Source: Haliotis rufescens
Taxonomy: Eukaryota
DNA: 64,000 nucleotides
Assembly (NCBI RefSeq): GCF_023055435.1
Contig: NW_025963890.1
Location: forward strand, 14,012,001-14,076,000
Direction: 5' to 3'
Within the stretch, counting starts at the first letter, position 1. Every line of letters starts with the position of its first letter. Positions 27,613-41,311 of this stretch are shown here, in pieces. Both the position numbers and the translations under genes were made by a program. The notes below the pieces were generated by a model. The model saw only the letters and a list, made by a program, of their open reading frames with translations, ran no database searches and was not told where the DNA came from.

Positions 27613-29874
27613 ATAATGACCCGTCGGCCATTGCTCGAGTTAGTGCTTGGGATAACACCACAGGTAGCGTTTCTGGTGACCCAGGTTCAGGTGTACTGTT
27701 TGTGTTGGCGTCACGTCAAACAAGAAACAAATATGTTCCTGGCTGCTTTCACCAGAGTCTTTGCCTGCTCGACGGTTGAATGCACTCACTCCATTGAAAG
27801 AAGGAGAACTCTTCTGCACTCAAGCCATTATTGACGTCAATGACAACTCGTTCTATGACTGAAAAATGGTTATCATGTTCCTAAATGACTTTGGACTGAA
27901 CGGTCTTTATAATTATATGTTAAATGTCTTCTTCTGCAGCACAGGCTTTGAATGATTGTTTTGTGACATGATTTATACAAATCATGCCGGATGACAGTCC
28001 AATATAAACTATGGAATACGCTGTATAGAATCGAGTTTCCTATTTACATAGTTACAAACACTGAAAAAACACATCAAACATACTGTCATATATCATCAAT
28101 CTTTGATCGTTTCAAACAAAGAGAAGAATGGAAAACGCAGGAATCTCGACAAGTTTAGCAAAATGTCCACCTGGTTTAATAAAGTTTACGAGGCAATGAT
28201 AACATCGTTATCCTGGTGTGATAACCTCGCTAGCCTGATCTGTCTACGTTAATCCATCAGTAAGCAACACGAACATTCAGCTGACACAGCAGATCTTGTA
28301 GCTATGCTGCGATGCGTTTATCTCAAGGTAATTGACGAGTACGACCAAATTATACACCACCTAATGTAGCGCACATTGATAAACACCATTGCTCTTTGTT
28401 ATCGTGTGTAAATCACTTCATGAGTACATTTGATATTGTCCTTTCTCGTACGCTACACGCGACCTATCAGGAGAATCAATGCTGGACGGGGATCATCCAT
28501 CTTCGGGGTTAATCTGCGCATGTCATTATCAGATGGATCAGCGGTCAGCGGTGGACATGCTGCTCGAGCTGTGTCCATTGCCGTCTCATTTCCCGACAAA
28601 GCCTTCTATGTGTTACCATTAGTCGCTGATTTCAGCGCTGACATGGTAGCTGTATACTGTTATACATTGCCAATTACATGTGGTGCATTGCCTTACACAC
28701 TTAGTGCGCACTTATAATCGCTTTTGGCTATCCGTGACATGTTGACATTTTGTATCTAATAGCAGGTCTTAAATAGCTGGGGATATAACGCTGTTTATAC
28801 AAAAACGTTGTTTTTGCATCCATTACAAAATTTGCACATGGTAAAGATGATATTATTTATATGCATCATAGAAATATCAAACTTATCAATAGTCATTACA
28901 ACTTGTGTATTTGATACCTCCATTCCCTGTATATATGCGAGGCTGTATGATGGTCCAAACCTACAAATCGAACATATGTTCCACGGAGCCTTTGTAACCA
29001 TAGTCTGTTCGTAACCATGCTTAAAACACACAAGTCATAAAGGGGCTCTGTTAGCTCAGGTAAATAAACAATTCTAGTAATTCTATTAAGGACAAGTTAT
29101 TTCTTGACATATCCCAAATTATACTAATCGAAGGAAGTTGGGGACCACCCGACTCTTTCATTTTTCTGTAGTTAATCTGTCATGGCATGACTTATTGATT
29201 ATAGTAATAGAAAAGAACACGTTGCATGTGTACATGTTGTGCAACATGGATTCAATTACACACCCTAATGCATTAAATGGTAAACATTGTTGTTGTAAAG
29301 TGTATTCCACTTAATCCGGACGGTACCAAACCCAGTAAAATGGTTCGGATTTACAAATATCCAGTAGTCCTGGGGCTCTGCTGTACATATGTAGACTATG
29401 AACAAGCTCACCTTCATTGTTCGACAGCAGGTCAGGACTAACCGTCCATAATAATAGGGTTTCACTGTAAACTGATTCCAGATGATATGGCTTAAACACA
29501 TTCAATCACAAAGTGAAAGGAAGATAAAACGTTAAAGAACAGTGTCACATCATGTTGATAATAGTTTAAGGTAGCGAAGTTAATGATGTACAAATAAGAA
29601 TAACCCTTATCAAAATTATATTTCGTGTGGAGACGCGGAATATAACTCTAGATAATCTTACTTTTATACGAATGTGTTGGTGGACAATAGCCAAGTGTTA
29701 TATAATTTAAATCATTTCTTCCAGTAAACAAGCCATGGACGTTTGAAAAGCCTAAAAACATCTTCTATCTGTATTTGTGTTTGAAGAACTCCAATTACAG
29801 AGACATTTAACATTGTCTGCACCCAAGTTTATAATTGCACGACAGATGTAAAGAGTCGGTTTGAAGCGCACATA

Positions 29875-30187
29875 CCGTATTCGACGTAATAAGCGCCCAG
29901 GGCGCTAAATTAGAAATAAGGGGCTCCTATTAGAATATTATTTTGTGGTAAAAATAAGTTGAAATATAAATTTCGTGGTTTATGGTGACAGCCTGAAATG
30001 TTTATGTACGACAGATATAATTTAATTGCCCATAATTAAGGGTGCATACAACACACGAGTGTGTATTATACGCGAATAAATAAGTCGTGTGTACACTGAT
30101 CAATCGGAAGGGGTGCTAATTTGGATTGTTCACTAGCCAATATATCAATATATTTTTTTGGCGAGGCGCTTATTACGTCGAATACGG
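29875..30187. mobile_element. non-autonomous Tc1/mariner-superfamily (pogo/Tc2-like) MITE, 313 bp
   Basis: Perfect 23-bp TIRs ccgtattcgacgtaataagcgcc (29875-29897 and 30165-30187); flanked by TA on the left and CA on the right. Confidence 0.88.
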
Positions 30188-30423
30188 CATTGAATACCGA
30201 ACCAGTTGGTGATCATGAGAATAGGTGTAACCTCTCAGGCCACTTTAAGTTTAATCGTTGATAATAACATAAATACATCCGACACCATGTACACATAAGG
30301 AAAAGCATTTTAGCATTATTAACTTCTTGGCAAAAGAAAGTATACACCCATGTTTGATGGTGGCCGAAGATGAAACAAACAAGAAATGGTTATTCAATGT
30401 TGAGGTATTTCATACGGGTATGG

Positions 30424-30780
30424 GACCGCCTCCGTGGTCTAGTGGTAGAGCGTCCGCCCGGAGAGCGGAAGGTCCGGGGTTCGATCCCCAGCCGCGTCAT
30501 ACCAAAAGACGTTAAAAGATGGTACTTGTTGTTACCCTGTCTGGCGCTCGGCATTAAGGGGCTAAAACAAGGACTGGTCGGCTCAGAGTCAGTATACTGT
30601 GTCTGAGTGGGGTATTCATGTTAAACTGCGACATGGTATCTCAGTGAGCTAGCACTATAAATCGGCATCAGTCCGGACTAGTACAAGCAGCCACACACAC
30701 ACACATACACGTGCATGCACGTCGCTATATAAGTGCAATAATCTTGGACGCCACGTTAAACCCCATTTCACCTCACCTCA
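30424..30780 (+). mobile_element. SINE family A, copy 3, 11-bp TSD
   Basis: TSD tcatacgggta at 30410-30420 and 30778-30788. Confidence 0.95.
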
Positions 30781-32018
30781 TACGGGTACGATACTTGTGT
30801 TTGTTTCGGTGACTGTTTTCACCCTTGTAACATTTTGATAACGTCTGTACGTTTTTGGTCAAATTTTCAAGTGTATACTGTCCTTCTCCGGTAGATACTG
30901 AATTTGTTCTGTTGGAGTAGTGATAAAGTTTCTATCCTTGCTGCCTTTTCCGCTTTGTAATTGGTACACCGCTGATACGGCGTTGAGCAATGTATTTACT
31001 GACTGACGTATAGTAATTTCCTATGTTGGAACCGGTACTTGTGTATTGGTCTCGGCAAAACATGTAGCATTTGGATGCATCCCCTTGTGTTATTCAATTA
31101 CTATTTCACAATGTTGCTGAGAAACTTGAAAAGTAGATATATTGAATTATTTTCAAACAATCCAAATTGTTTCCATTTGAATAAATCTTTGATTTAGCGT
31201 TAATTATTCCAGCATGTTTTATGTCGGTAAGTTTAATTGGATTCCCGAGGAAGAACAGAAGCCACATTGTGCACAAGAAATACATGGGCAGAGATGCGAA
31301 TTTCCGTATCCTATGCCTGGTAAATGACGGATGGTTTTCTTGTGCTTGTTTCATCCATATATTACCCGAGTTGAGGCCAGATTCTAGATTCGACAGCCAC
31401 ACGACCGACGCAGGTGATTGATGTTAAAAAACCCTGTCCTGATAATGGAGGACGGGGATCCGTCTATATGTCACATTTTGTATGGAAATATGTTTAGGAA
31501 ACTCTTTTGAATATTAAAATAAGACAGATGAGGCCATGGAGGTTCTTGACCATCACCTACACCTCAAGCACACCAATGGTCACTAATTAGGGTGGTCAAC
31601 GGAACAGTATGGCCGATATGCAGCTGCCCCAACACCTTCATTGCTGTCTGCATCTGATGTTTAATCACGGTGCTTCTCTATCGTCCCGCCAGGCTATTAT
31701 AAGGCAGATCCGGTCACCATTTCTTGTTCTATTTCTGCCGCGAGGGAGGTTAACACACGTGGTCTTCATTAAGAAAAGTGATGGTGCTTGTGTCGCACAC
31801 TCAGTTGACATATGCCGCTACATGGCAACAGATAATTAGTGATTGACTTGTGAAACCAGCCTTGTTAAAATCCAATACAGAGCTAAATTATTTTACACTG
31901 GAATATTGGAATTACCATATATATATTGAGAATTTGATTCAACATAAATAACAACTTGAGTGTCACATTCTTGATAGTAACATAGGCATAACGTCACACA
32001 TGCAGCGATGACCTTCCG

Positions 32019-32061
<43 letters not shown>
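32019..32061. repeat. (CTA)n microsatellite
   Basis: Seen directly; abuts the SINE-E insertion. Confidence 0.9.
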
Positions 32062-32067
32062 GATTAT

Positions 32068-32324
32068 GTTTGTTCTGTTTGTTATTTTAATGCCGCACTC
32101 AGCAACTTTTCACCTATATGACGGCGGTCTGAAAATAATTGAGTCTGGACCAGACAATCCAGTTATTTACATCACGAGCATCGATCCACGCAATTGGGAT
32201 ACGATGACATACATCTACCAAGTCAGCGAGTCTGACCACCCGATCCCGTTAGTCGCCTCTTACGACAAGCATAGGCGCCGTTTACGACAAGCATGGGTTG
32301 CTGAAGACTTAGTCTACCCCGGTC
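32068..32324 (-). mobile_element. SINE family E, near full length, non-tRNA head
   Basis: TSD actactgat at 32056-32064 and 32325-32333; head gaccggggtag...gcttgtcgtaagaggcgactaacgggatcgggtgg with no A/B box; shared 3' tail. Confidence 0.88.
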
Positions 32325-32965
32325 ACTACTGATAATAATAATAGTAATGATAATATTTTAAATATGTAGACCGCTAGAATCCAGCTGAAATCAGCTGCTC
32401 AATTGAGCTTTCGGAGATAGCATCAAGCTGGAAATAGGGAGTCTATATGTATGGCTCAGAGGTGCTCAGAGAGGCTCAGGAAGGGATTGAGAGGTGGTCA
32501 GTTCTTGAATGCTTCGAAGATGGAAAGGTAGGCTGTTCCATAGCAATGAAGCTGCTCTCACAAAACAGCTAGTTCAGTACGCAGTATACTGCCACGCAGG
32601 GATCAGTTGGTGATTGTTGTTCGTGTGTATCCTTTTATGTCACCCATACATACAAGCAAACCTGATTGTGTATGTAGGGTGAACGGTGGTCATGTTCAGA
32701 TAAATGTGTGTTCAGAATGCATAGGTATGTTTGACATATTCGGACACACATATAATCATCCANNNNNNNNNNNNNNNNNNNNNNNNNNNNNNNNNNNNNN
32801 NNNNNNNNNNNNNNNNNNNNNNNNNNNNNNNNNNNNNNNNNNNNNNNNNNNNNNNNNNNNNNNNNNNNNNNNNNNNNNNNNNNNNNNNNNNNNNNNNNNN
32901 NNNNNNNNNNNNNNNNNNNNNNNNNNNNNNNNNNNNNNNNNNNNNNNNNNNNNNNNNNNNNNNNN

Positions 32966-33032
32966 ACACACGCACTCACACACACTCACACTCACGCACG
33001 CACGCACACACACTCACACACACACACACGCA

Positions 33033-33084
<52 letters not shown>
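32966..33084. repeat. (CA)n microsatellite next to a gap
   Basis: Seen directly. Confidence 0.95.
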
Positions 33085-33088
<4 letters not shown>

Positions 33089-36000
33089 AATATAAGTAAT
33101 AACATTGCGTTCCAGGGAGAAAAATCTAAACTGAATTGAAAATATAATACCATATGTGTTAGATGTATGTTTTTAGATTAGAGAATTGACATATTTGGTG
33201 AATATTATTATGTCATTCGCTGAGTCACGTGATACAAGTATCAAACAGTTGATAATTTCAACATGTAGTCATTTTTTCCAGTTCCTGATTTAACTTAAAT
33301 TTTCATTTTATTCCAAATGCTAAAGGTTAAAATCAGTTTAATCCTTTGGGAATTTGACCAACAACGTGGAGCCATTAATACGTACCGTGGACGTTGTTTA
33401 GTGTCAATAACCCTGTTAATATTATCAGTAGAATTCAAAGTAAAAAATAATGCTGGCTTGTGTTGGATGAATAGGTCATAGTTCATATATTCCTTTTTAA
33501 CGAGAAAACCTATAACCTCAAGAACATACACCACTTGATCGTCTCACCTTTTATTGCCTTTAAAAAGTATAAGTAGGGGAGGATCTCGTAATGGAGACAT
33601 GGTGTGTATTATCATGCAGTATTGTAGAATGAAATGTGTTTGTATTAAATATGTATAGCGACTTGCCGGTAGCACAATGACGTAGTGTTTGAGATAATGA
33701 CGCGAGGTTAATGCAATCATGGGAAGGTGCTATTGTTTCTACATGAAATAACTCCCATATCTTGTATGAACGATAAAGAGTACCAAGCACGGTCTGGGAT
33801 TAATACTTTATAGATATCTGGTCATCTGACCCAGGTCTTGATTCGCTCAGCCATAGTACCAGCACCAAAGGTCAATAAATATCTCTTTTTCTAATTAGGT
33901 CGTTTAGTACGTAACCATTGGACTCGCGATAGTGTCAGAGAACTGAGAAATATCACCTCGCAAGGTAGTCATCTAGAAAACCACACAATACATTCACGAT
34001 TTTCCTGTGAATTATCACTTTTCACTGCCCTATTTCGTGTTGAACACCAGCCGGACCTCATTGGCATAGCTATAGAATATACACAGCCAAACTACCAGAC
34101 CACCTAATGAACGCGGCCCCTTTGTAACGTTCCTGTATCCCACATTCTCAAGTCACCAGATAGTCACTCAGAAAAAAAGACAAGCCGCATTAATCCCCAC
34201 AGCACTAATGGACTCCCTCAGCTGTGCCGAAGACATAGAGGCATTTGGTAGCCTGTTCCAGTGGCGACAGAAAGTCTGCATTCAGTAATGACTCGCCAAT
34301 GGCTTCCTCCCTTCTCGTGGGGATCTGTCCGGCTGCGACTGGCTCTGACACCAAGCTTCTACGATTAGCTGCTTGCTAAGGCGGAAAATCAGTTCTATGT
34401 GCCCGCTCAATAGCTCTACTCGAGGGGAACGTGTCTTTGAAATAGAATAAATAGCTCTTTCTCCTGTTTCATGCCGTTTGTTCATCTTACAAGAGGCGCA
34501 TCAGTTGAAAATCATGTCCTAGTTTCACGGCTAACCACGGGAGTTCCTCTGATGAGGGTCGGGCTGTTGTTGTTATTTCTGATGTCGCGTATCGAAATAA
34601 GCGAATAGTTTAAGTCAATATGATAACGTATTGTCAGGATGGGTGATGCGTTGTCGATGGGATTAAGGGTTGGGGTCAATATGGGTGTCGATGTATCATT
34701 AGTGTTGCTTGGAAAATGTAAGGATTGGGAGAGTGACATTATGCTGTCTCAATACGTTTTCTATGTACATGAACTGTCATAAACACGCAGCAATATCAAA
34801 TCAGTACGTGTAATATAAAATAGTATTAACGGTATCATCAAGGTATTAGGCAAAACAACTGATTAATATTAATGAACAAGATAGTAGAGTCATGATGAAC
34901 CTGAGTGTTATTTCGAAATCGAAAGGTCAAATTTGTAGTGGTCATTTCCCGTGATGGAAGTGTCACTGGAGGTTGTGATCCCGCATATCAAGACCATGTG
35001 CCCAGATTTGTTCAAGTTTGTTTGACCGGTGAAATACCACTCATAGTCCCTGTTTCTGTAACATTTAGCAGTAATATGGGTCGAAAGTCGAGAATGGAAT
35101 TAGGTTAGATTATTCTTATCCCCCTTTCAAAAGGTTTATTTTAGATACGGAGATAATTTTCATTTAAATTGTCATTTGAAACTGTGAATATCTACTCGAA
35201 TATAATAAAAAAATAATTTAAGAAACATCTTTAAGCCATTTGTTCATATCACATGGTCTGTGATATTGTCTGTGATAACAGCGAGCTGTTCAAAGCACGG
35301 TCGCTTTTTCTCCTATGTAGCCGTGATAATCACATGCCCAATACGTGAACGGACATCGTGTGACATTTGCGATGTAGCGAGTGTTGGTTTGCTGTACGGC
35401 TTATTAGCAATATTACCACGTGAGCTTCACACCTTTCTTGTAATGATACCCGCTCAATCTCAGTCTGATTAATCGTAGCAGCGGATGGCGGAAGATTAAA
35501 ATCTTGTTGTTTCATAATGCATGCCAGCTGAGATGAAATGGGCACCTGTCAATATCAGTTCGCCTTGCTGATGTCGATAGCAGAGTTGACAGGTGCGCGC
35601 ATTACCTGCAGATTACGCCGCGGAAACCAACACGAAAGTGCATTGTTTCCCTGCATGCTTCCAGCGAACGTTATTTTACAATTTTATCTAAATTAAAAAG
35701 AGGTAATCGGATATTTAGTTCAATTTTTCAAACAGACTCGTCCATTCACTGGTGAGATATCCTAATGGAACTCATTGCGTAAATTCTGAAATACTATCAG
35801 TGAAATTCGCCATCCATTTGCTATAGGCCTGATAATGTCAGGATCGCATTTGTCTACAAGCAAGGAGATGTACATGATACGATACGCGACAAATCAACTA
35901 GTGCCAACATATTTACCTCTGGCACTTGCTTCCAATATCTCGGAAACACCAATTATCAATTTGCGGGATATGATTTATGAAAATAATCCATTTTGGCCGA

Positions 36001-37347
36001 TCTCACCTGATTGTCAAGAAAAAACCTTCCGTTCACCGGAAAAGCCAACTGGAACTGACCTTTGACCCGAGTAATATTATCGTCTTTTTCTCATTTATTT
36101 TTTCCCTATTTCCATCTCGGCCATTTTGAATGTTAGAGATAGATTACAGCAAGGCTAGCACGTTCACTAAAGTCGTCACACTTTCTCACCAGCCACAAAT
36201 ACGAGTGTGTTTACAAAACATTATCGTTATTTCACCATATTTTAATACAATTTATTCAGTTTCATAATTAGTGATTATTCAAAACAAATATTTCATTAAA
36301 ATTACTTATTTGAAACTTTATACGTACAATCAAAACTAAGAAAAATATAACATTTACGATTTCATATTAATTAAATTATTTTAATCACTCCCTTTAGTAC
36401 ATAAAAAAAAACACCATTAAAAAATGGCAATCCTGAAAGATAGGACCCAATATCCATTACAAGTCTATGAAACTGTATAACATCTTTTCTATGCGACCCT
36501 ATCGATGTATATTGCATACAGATCCCAATGTGCCAACTAATTACTTTATACGTACGCTATCAATGGCGGGGCATTGTGTCCCAGGGGAATAAAAGCGTAT
36601 GGCCTTGGGAAGATGCAAGGAATCTTCCTGGAGGTCTTCTTTGTCCACAAAAAATCTGACACTTTGCAATTGGATGCCGGATATGATGCATTATAGTTGA
36701 TCGCCGCTTTTTATGGCTCTGTGGAAGTTGACAGTTACCATGGAAACGGAGTTTTTGTTGATAACATATTTGATACTGTTTTACTGTTTGAGAACTCTTT
36801 TGATGCCTTTGAATCGAGGAGGCTTTTGATTCTCTTTTCGAACTGTTTCATGTCTAGTTTTGCCTTTTTTTTCTTGATAAAACATACATAGAAGGTAATA
36901 GGCTTTTTACTGAAGTACTTTATTTATAGAGAAGAAGACACCGATGTTAACAGTTTGCTCCGAGGGAGAGGCTAGGTAAAATATGGCTTTTCAAATTACT
37001 TGATATGCACTCTCATTCTGCTCAAATTATACTGTTTCTAATATTGGTAATTGTTTTCTGTTTTAGTTGAATAATAATGAAATTTGAAGTTAAGAAACTG
37101 TCATTCCAATGTCATTCGACAAAACCCTTTCGATAAACAGAAGAAACATGATAAACTTAGTGGACATCGGTACATATGTAATAATTAATGATAAACTGGA
37201 GTCAAAGATCGAGAAAATACAATTGCATCATTTCAAACTATGTATCATGTTTTTGTAGTGTGTATTGAGTCACAAGACACTGAAACGTCGTTGATCCAAG
37301 TGGCAGCATTCCCAGGGAAATCCTTCCGATGAACCCCCTTTCAGATA

Positions 37348-37519
37348 AGGGGCGGTCGGGTAGCCTAGTGGTTAACGCGTTCGCTCGTCACGCCGAAGAC
37401 CCGGGTTCGATTCCCCACATGGGTACAATGTGTGAAGCCCATTTCTGCTGTCCCCCGCCGTGATATTGCTGGAATATTGCTAAAAGCGGTGTAAAACCAT
37501 ACTCACTCACTCACTCACT
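37348..37519 (+). mobile_element. SINE family D (tRNA-Asp-like head, (ACTC)n tail), full length
   Basis: A box tagcctagtgg, GTC anticodon-like gtcacgc, B box ggttcgattcc; tttcagat duplicated on both sides. Confidence 0.93.
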
Positions 37520-38018
37520 TTTCAGATTATACTTTTAAGGAAATCGTATACTGGACCATGAATAGATCGTATACTGGATCATGATATTGTGAATAGAAAG
37601 GGATTCTAAAATAGCGAGCAAGGTTTCTCGAGTAACGACGTACAAATTTCACTTATCCCTCGAAGTGTGTTATAATCATAGCGTACTGTAACTGTGGGTG
37701 TTCAAAAAAGTAATGCCTGAAAAGCGGGTTGGCTCTGGACTACCATTGTGTGGAATAAACTCCGGACAAGAAATTACGGATTTTTGAGAGGTAAATTATA
37801 TCATTTTTATGAAATATTTGCAAAACGCACATAATAAAGTTTGGAGTTATTTACAAAAAGTACAAAAAGTAAAGATATTTCTTGAAACAGTCTATTTACC
37901 TACATCTTAATGTACAGTGCTCATCCCAAGGGATTATTGTGTCGTATTGCGTATATTAGAAAATATAAGCGAAAAAACTCTTTCTATAACCATAAGACAT
38001 CTCTACTAAAAGTATAGT

Positions 38019-38166
38019 GAGTGAGTGAGTGAGTGAGTTGGGTTTACGCCGCTTTTAACAGTATTCCAGTTTTATCACGGCGTGTCAGCTTATTGTGGGA
38101 GGAAAGCCCGAAGTGATGCAGGTCTGAGACGTTTACCACTTCGGTGAAACCCACGAGCCCGGGTAT
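38019..38166 (-). mobile_element. SINE family B, 5'-truncated, 15-bp TSD
   Basis: TSD tactaaaagta[t/g]agt at 38004-38018 and 38167-38181. Confidence 0.9.
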
Positions 38167-38194
38167 TACTAAAAGTAGAGTCCAATGTATTACT

Positions 38195-38340
38195 ATATCA
38201 TAAGTATGCGTTTATGAATCACTATCAAATAGTGATGCTTCCAGGTTTTCGCGAAAAGGAAAACTTATCCTGCCTCACTGGTGGCACCCATCACAAACAC
38301 ATGCAAAGGCAAGAAAATTGTTCACGTGAAGAAACACGGA
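38195..38340 (-). mobile_element. PLE-like RT element, 3' fragment (family C, copy 4)
   Basis: tatgaatcactatcaaatagtgatg...ccaggttttcgcgaaa...ggtggcacccatcacaaacacatgcaaaggcaag. Confidence 0.75.
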
Positions 38341-38539
38341 TTTCTTATGATTATGGAAAGCGTGTTCTCGCTGTGTATTTCACATACACATTGCAGCGAT
38401 CGCGTTAATAGGGCATTACACTGACTTGACTTGACTATAACTCTTTACATCAGCACTCCTAGCTCAGGATCACCAGAAGGTCGCGGAGTTGATGAAGGTC
38501 AGTCTGGCAGGGAAGATAACGGGATTGTCTGACATCAAC

Positions 38540-38630
38540 CAACGACACTAATGGAACCAGTCAGCCATGACCTGTTGGCGAGTTCGAGCCCCATCGCCGC
38601 CTTCAAGAGAACACTCAAGTCGCGTGTGTT
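38540..38630 (+). mobile_element. possible degraded CR1/L2-group LINE ORF2 C-terminus
   Basis: WNQ followed by a frameshifted HDLLASSSPIAAFKRTLKS resembles the WN.LP...SL..FK..LK end of CR1/L2-type ORF2. Confidence 0.3.
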
Positions 38631-38977
38631 ATGGTTGACTGCTTGTGATTTAGACGCCATCGTTTAGTGCCACTCGCAATGAATGGATCAGCCTTGATTA
38701 TGCAAGTTCTGTAACATCGCGGAGAAATGTTTTTGTCAATGGGTTTGTCTGAGAGGGAACCCCTTTCGACATTGCTTTGGTATAAAGGGAAAACAATGCA
38801 ATTTGTAAGAGGAATTTTAGAAGCTGTAGCATCAATGAAGCCGGAATTGACGGATTTACACAGTGGGTTGATTGAAGGAAATAATTGAAAATGAGGAGTT
38901 ATGGTGTTTGCCTCAAATATTGTTTCGATCTCAAACTATTTCTGGTCACTTGGATGGCTAAGCGGTGTAAACATATA

Positions 38978-39151
38978 GAGTAAACTACGGTTATAACGAA
39001 CTCGAGGGGACCACTAATTTTAGTTCGTAATAACCGTAGTTCGTTATAAGCATACATACAGCATATATACAACAAATGGTCGGGACTAAAAATAAGTTCG
39101 TTATATCCGTCAGCTCGTTATAAGCGTGTTCGTTATAAACGTAGTTTACTG
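38978..39151. mobile_element. pogo/Tigger-type MITE, 174 bp, TA TSD
   Basis: 24-bp TIRs gagtaaactacggttataacgaac / gttcgttataaacgtagtttactg (2 mismatches); TA on both sides; internal gttcgttata repeats. Confidence 0.88.
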
Positions 39152-41311
39152 TATAAGTAAATACCCATGTTCAACTCGTAAGACCAATGATCTGGCGTCC
39201 AAAGTTGTGGCATCCCGGTACTCCTGAAAAGTATTATACCTCACTCAACACGAATTATTTTCTGTCTCGAAATATATCCGTTAATATAGAGTCATGTCCT
39301 ATTATTGAACGTTGTCTACGCGGCAGTAAGCAATACTCTTGCCACTTCACTAAATAATCGAGTCTCGGCCAGACATAAAACTTGCCAACAACAATTTCAC
39401 AAGCTGTCGGCGGTACCATGACTATCAAGCAACATATGAGGTACACGAAATACAGTTACGTTATAGAGTGATATGTATTGTGTAAGCAATTTCTAGTTTT
39501 TGAAACTGTTCCTTTGTAACGCTAATACCATTTGGTGACGGTTTTCACGGGTTCCACTATAGAACTGAAATTGTAAGTATTAAAATTGGAACCAGTGTCC
39601 CTGATATTATATATTATTTCACAACAACGAATCCATTAATAAAATACAAATGATAACAATATTCTGAGATCTGAGATGTTCTGACAGGCTTAAGCTAAAG
39701 CAGGCATCCTCATATCGCCTACGGAACTGTCTTCTCGAACCGCCAAGGATGCCCACTGAGAAGAAATAATACGAAAAGCAAAACACACTTGTCTCCATAT
39801 GCTATTGCACAACATGACAATACAGATATGAACACGTCGTACACACAGTCCCATTTTAATCCCTGTGGCAAAACACGCAGGTAATTAAAATAACATTACA
39901 GGCGCCTGTCTCACTGAGGTCGTACGACAGCATTGACTATAGACCTCACCATGCAGTGACATAGTTTTGAAGCCGAGGACAAGAGTCTGTTATGAGACTC
40001 CCAGAATAGCTGTCACCCTACCCAGTCCGTCAAAGACATGTCCGCACTAGTTCATCCTCAACATGCAGGCTTTGTGGTGATAGTTTTGAGATCAGAGCGT
40101 CTCAGTAATGTCCACCATTGGCGCCTGTTTGTTCTGTGATTTGATGTAATTCGGTTTGATAGGGGAGCTCTCCCGTCAGTCAGAAATCTTGTAATACTTT
40201 GGATGGAGTCTAATCCCTTTCAGTATTTATTAGAATTATTAGGCAGAAGACTTGTGCTTGAAATGGACACCAGATACTTGTATTTAAAGAGGAATAAGAT
40301 GACAGGCTCTTATTGTTGCAGGGATGATTTTGGTGTTGCGCCACAGCTTTTAATGATACTATACCTCTGAAAAAGCTGAGCCTATCACTGCACGAATGTG
40401 TCCAATAGTCGACTGATGTTGCGATGTGTAATGATACTTCATCTTTGACAACTTTAAAGGTTCGGTCTTATTTTCATTCAATTCTGTATTGTAACGGCGT
40501 CTGTCTGCCAAAATGAAAGAACGGTGCAGACTGATTTCGAGAACAAGGACAATGACAATTGAACTAGCGGTCAAACGCTGCCTGCTCTCATCTAGGATTA
40601 CGTGCATAATTTTGATGTTTAACTTTTTCCAGGCGCAGTTTGTTGTCTAGGAAACATGTACTTCTTTTTCGTTTTCATTTTTAATATTTTCCATTAATTA
40701 AGATCACACTTGACTTTGAGAGGTAAACACACGTTGTTTCCAATATAAGCTGTGTCACGTTTTGATTTAATGGCTGTTAATTGAACTTGATACACCGAAG
40801 ATGCAGTACATTTCTATACACAGCTTCTGTGGTGATGTGGCCATCAAATCAACAGTTCAATCAGAGGTGGATATAGTGATTTGAAACCGCTGATTGACCA
40901 AACAGAAACGAGTTATTTCCAAAGCCTTGTTGGAATTAACATCACTTGACCAGATATGAAAGTACATTGTGCAATGTGATATATCAAACTGATGCTAATT
41001 GCGTTATCCATAAAGCGATTTGCTTCTGTTATATATGGCTCCATCAGAGACGAATTCAGGAAGTAGCGATATTTTAATCATATTCCTTATAGCAGAGTAA
41101 TCATATTGGCCCGACATAGATTGCCTCCTCATTATACACCTATCAGGTACAGAAGGCTACATGTGGTCTGCGCATCGATACATCGCCAGAAACTAATTAT
41201 CTATTCATTAATATTCAATTATGAAAGTAAACCGACTTAATCAAATCAATATGTTGATACAGATTGACCTATAATTTCACAATACCACAGCAGCTGGGTT
41301 AGAAGAAGCGA

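Noticed and set aside
34540-34645. Hammerhead ribozyme (CTGATGA at 34549, GAAA at 34594, GTC at 34633)
   Set aside because: Helix II has only about 2 bp and helices I and III about 4 bp with long loops; consistent with chance.
37348-37420. Functional tRNA genes at SINE heads (families A, B, D)
   Set aside because: Acceptor stems are incomplete, and the heads run into repeat bodies with tails and TSDs.
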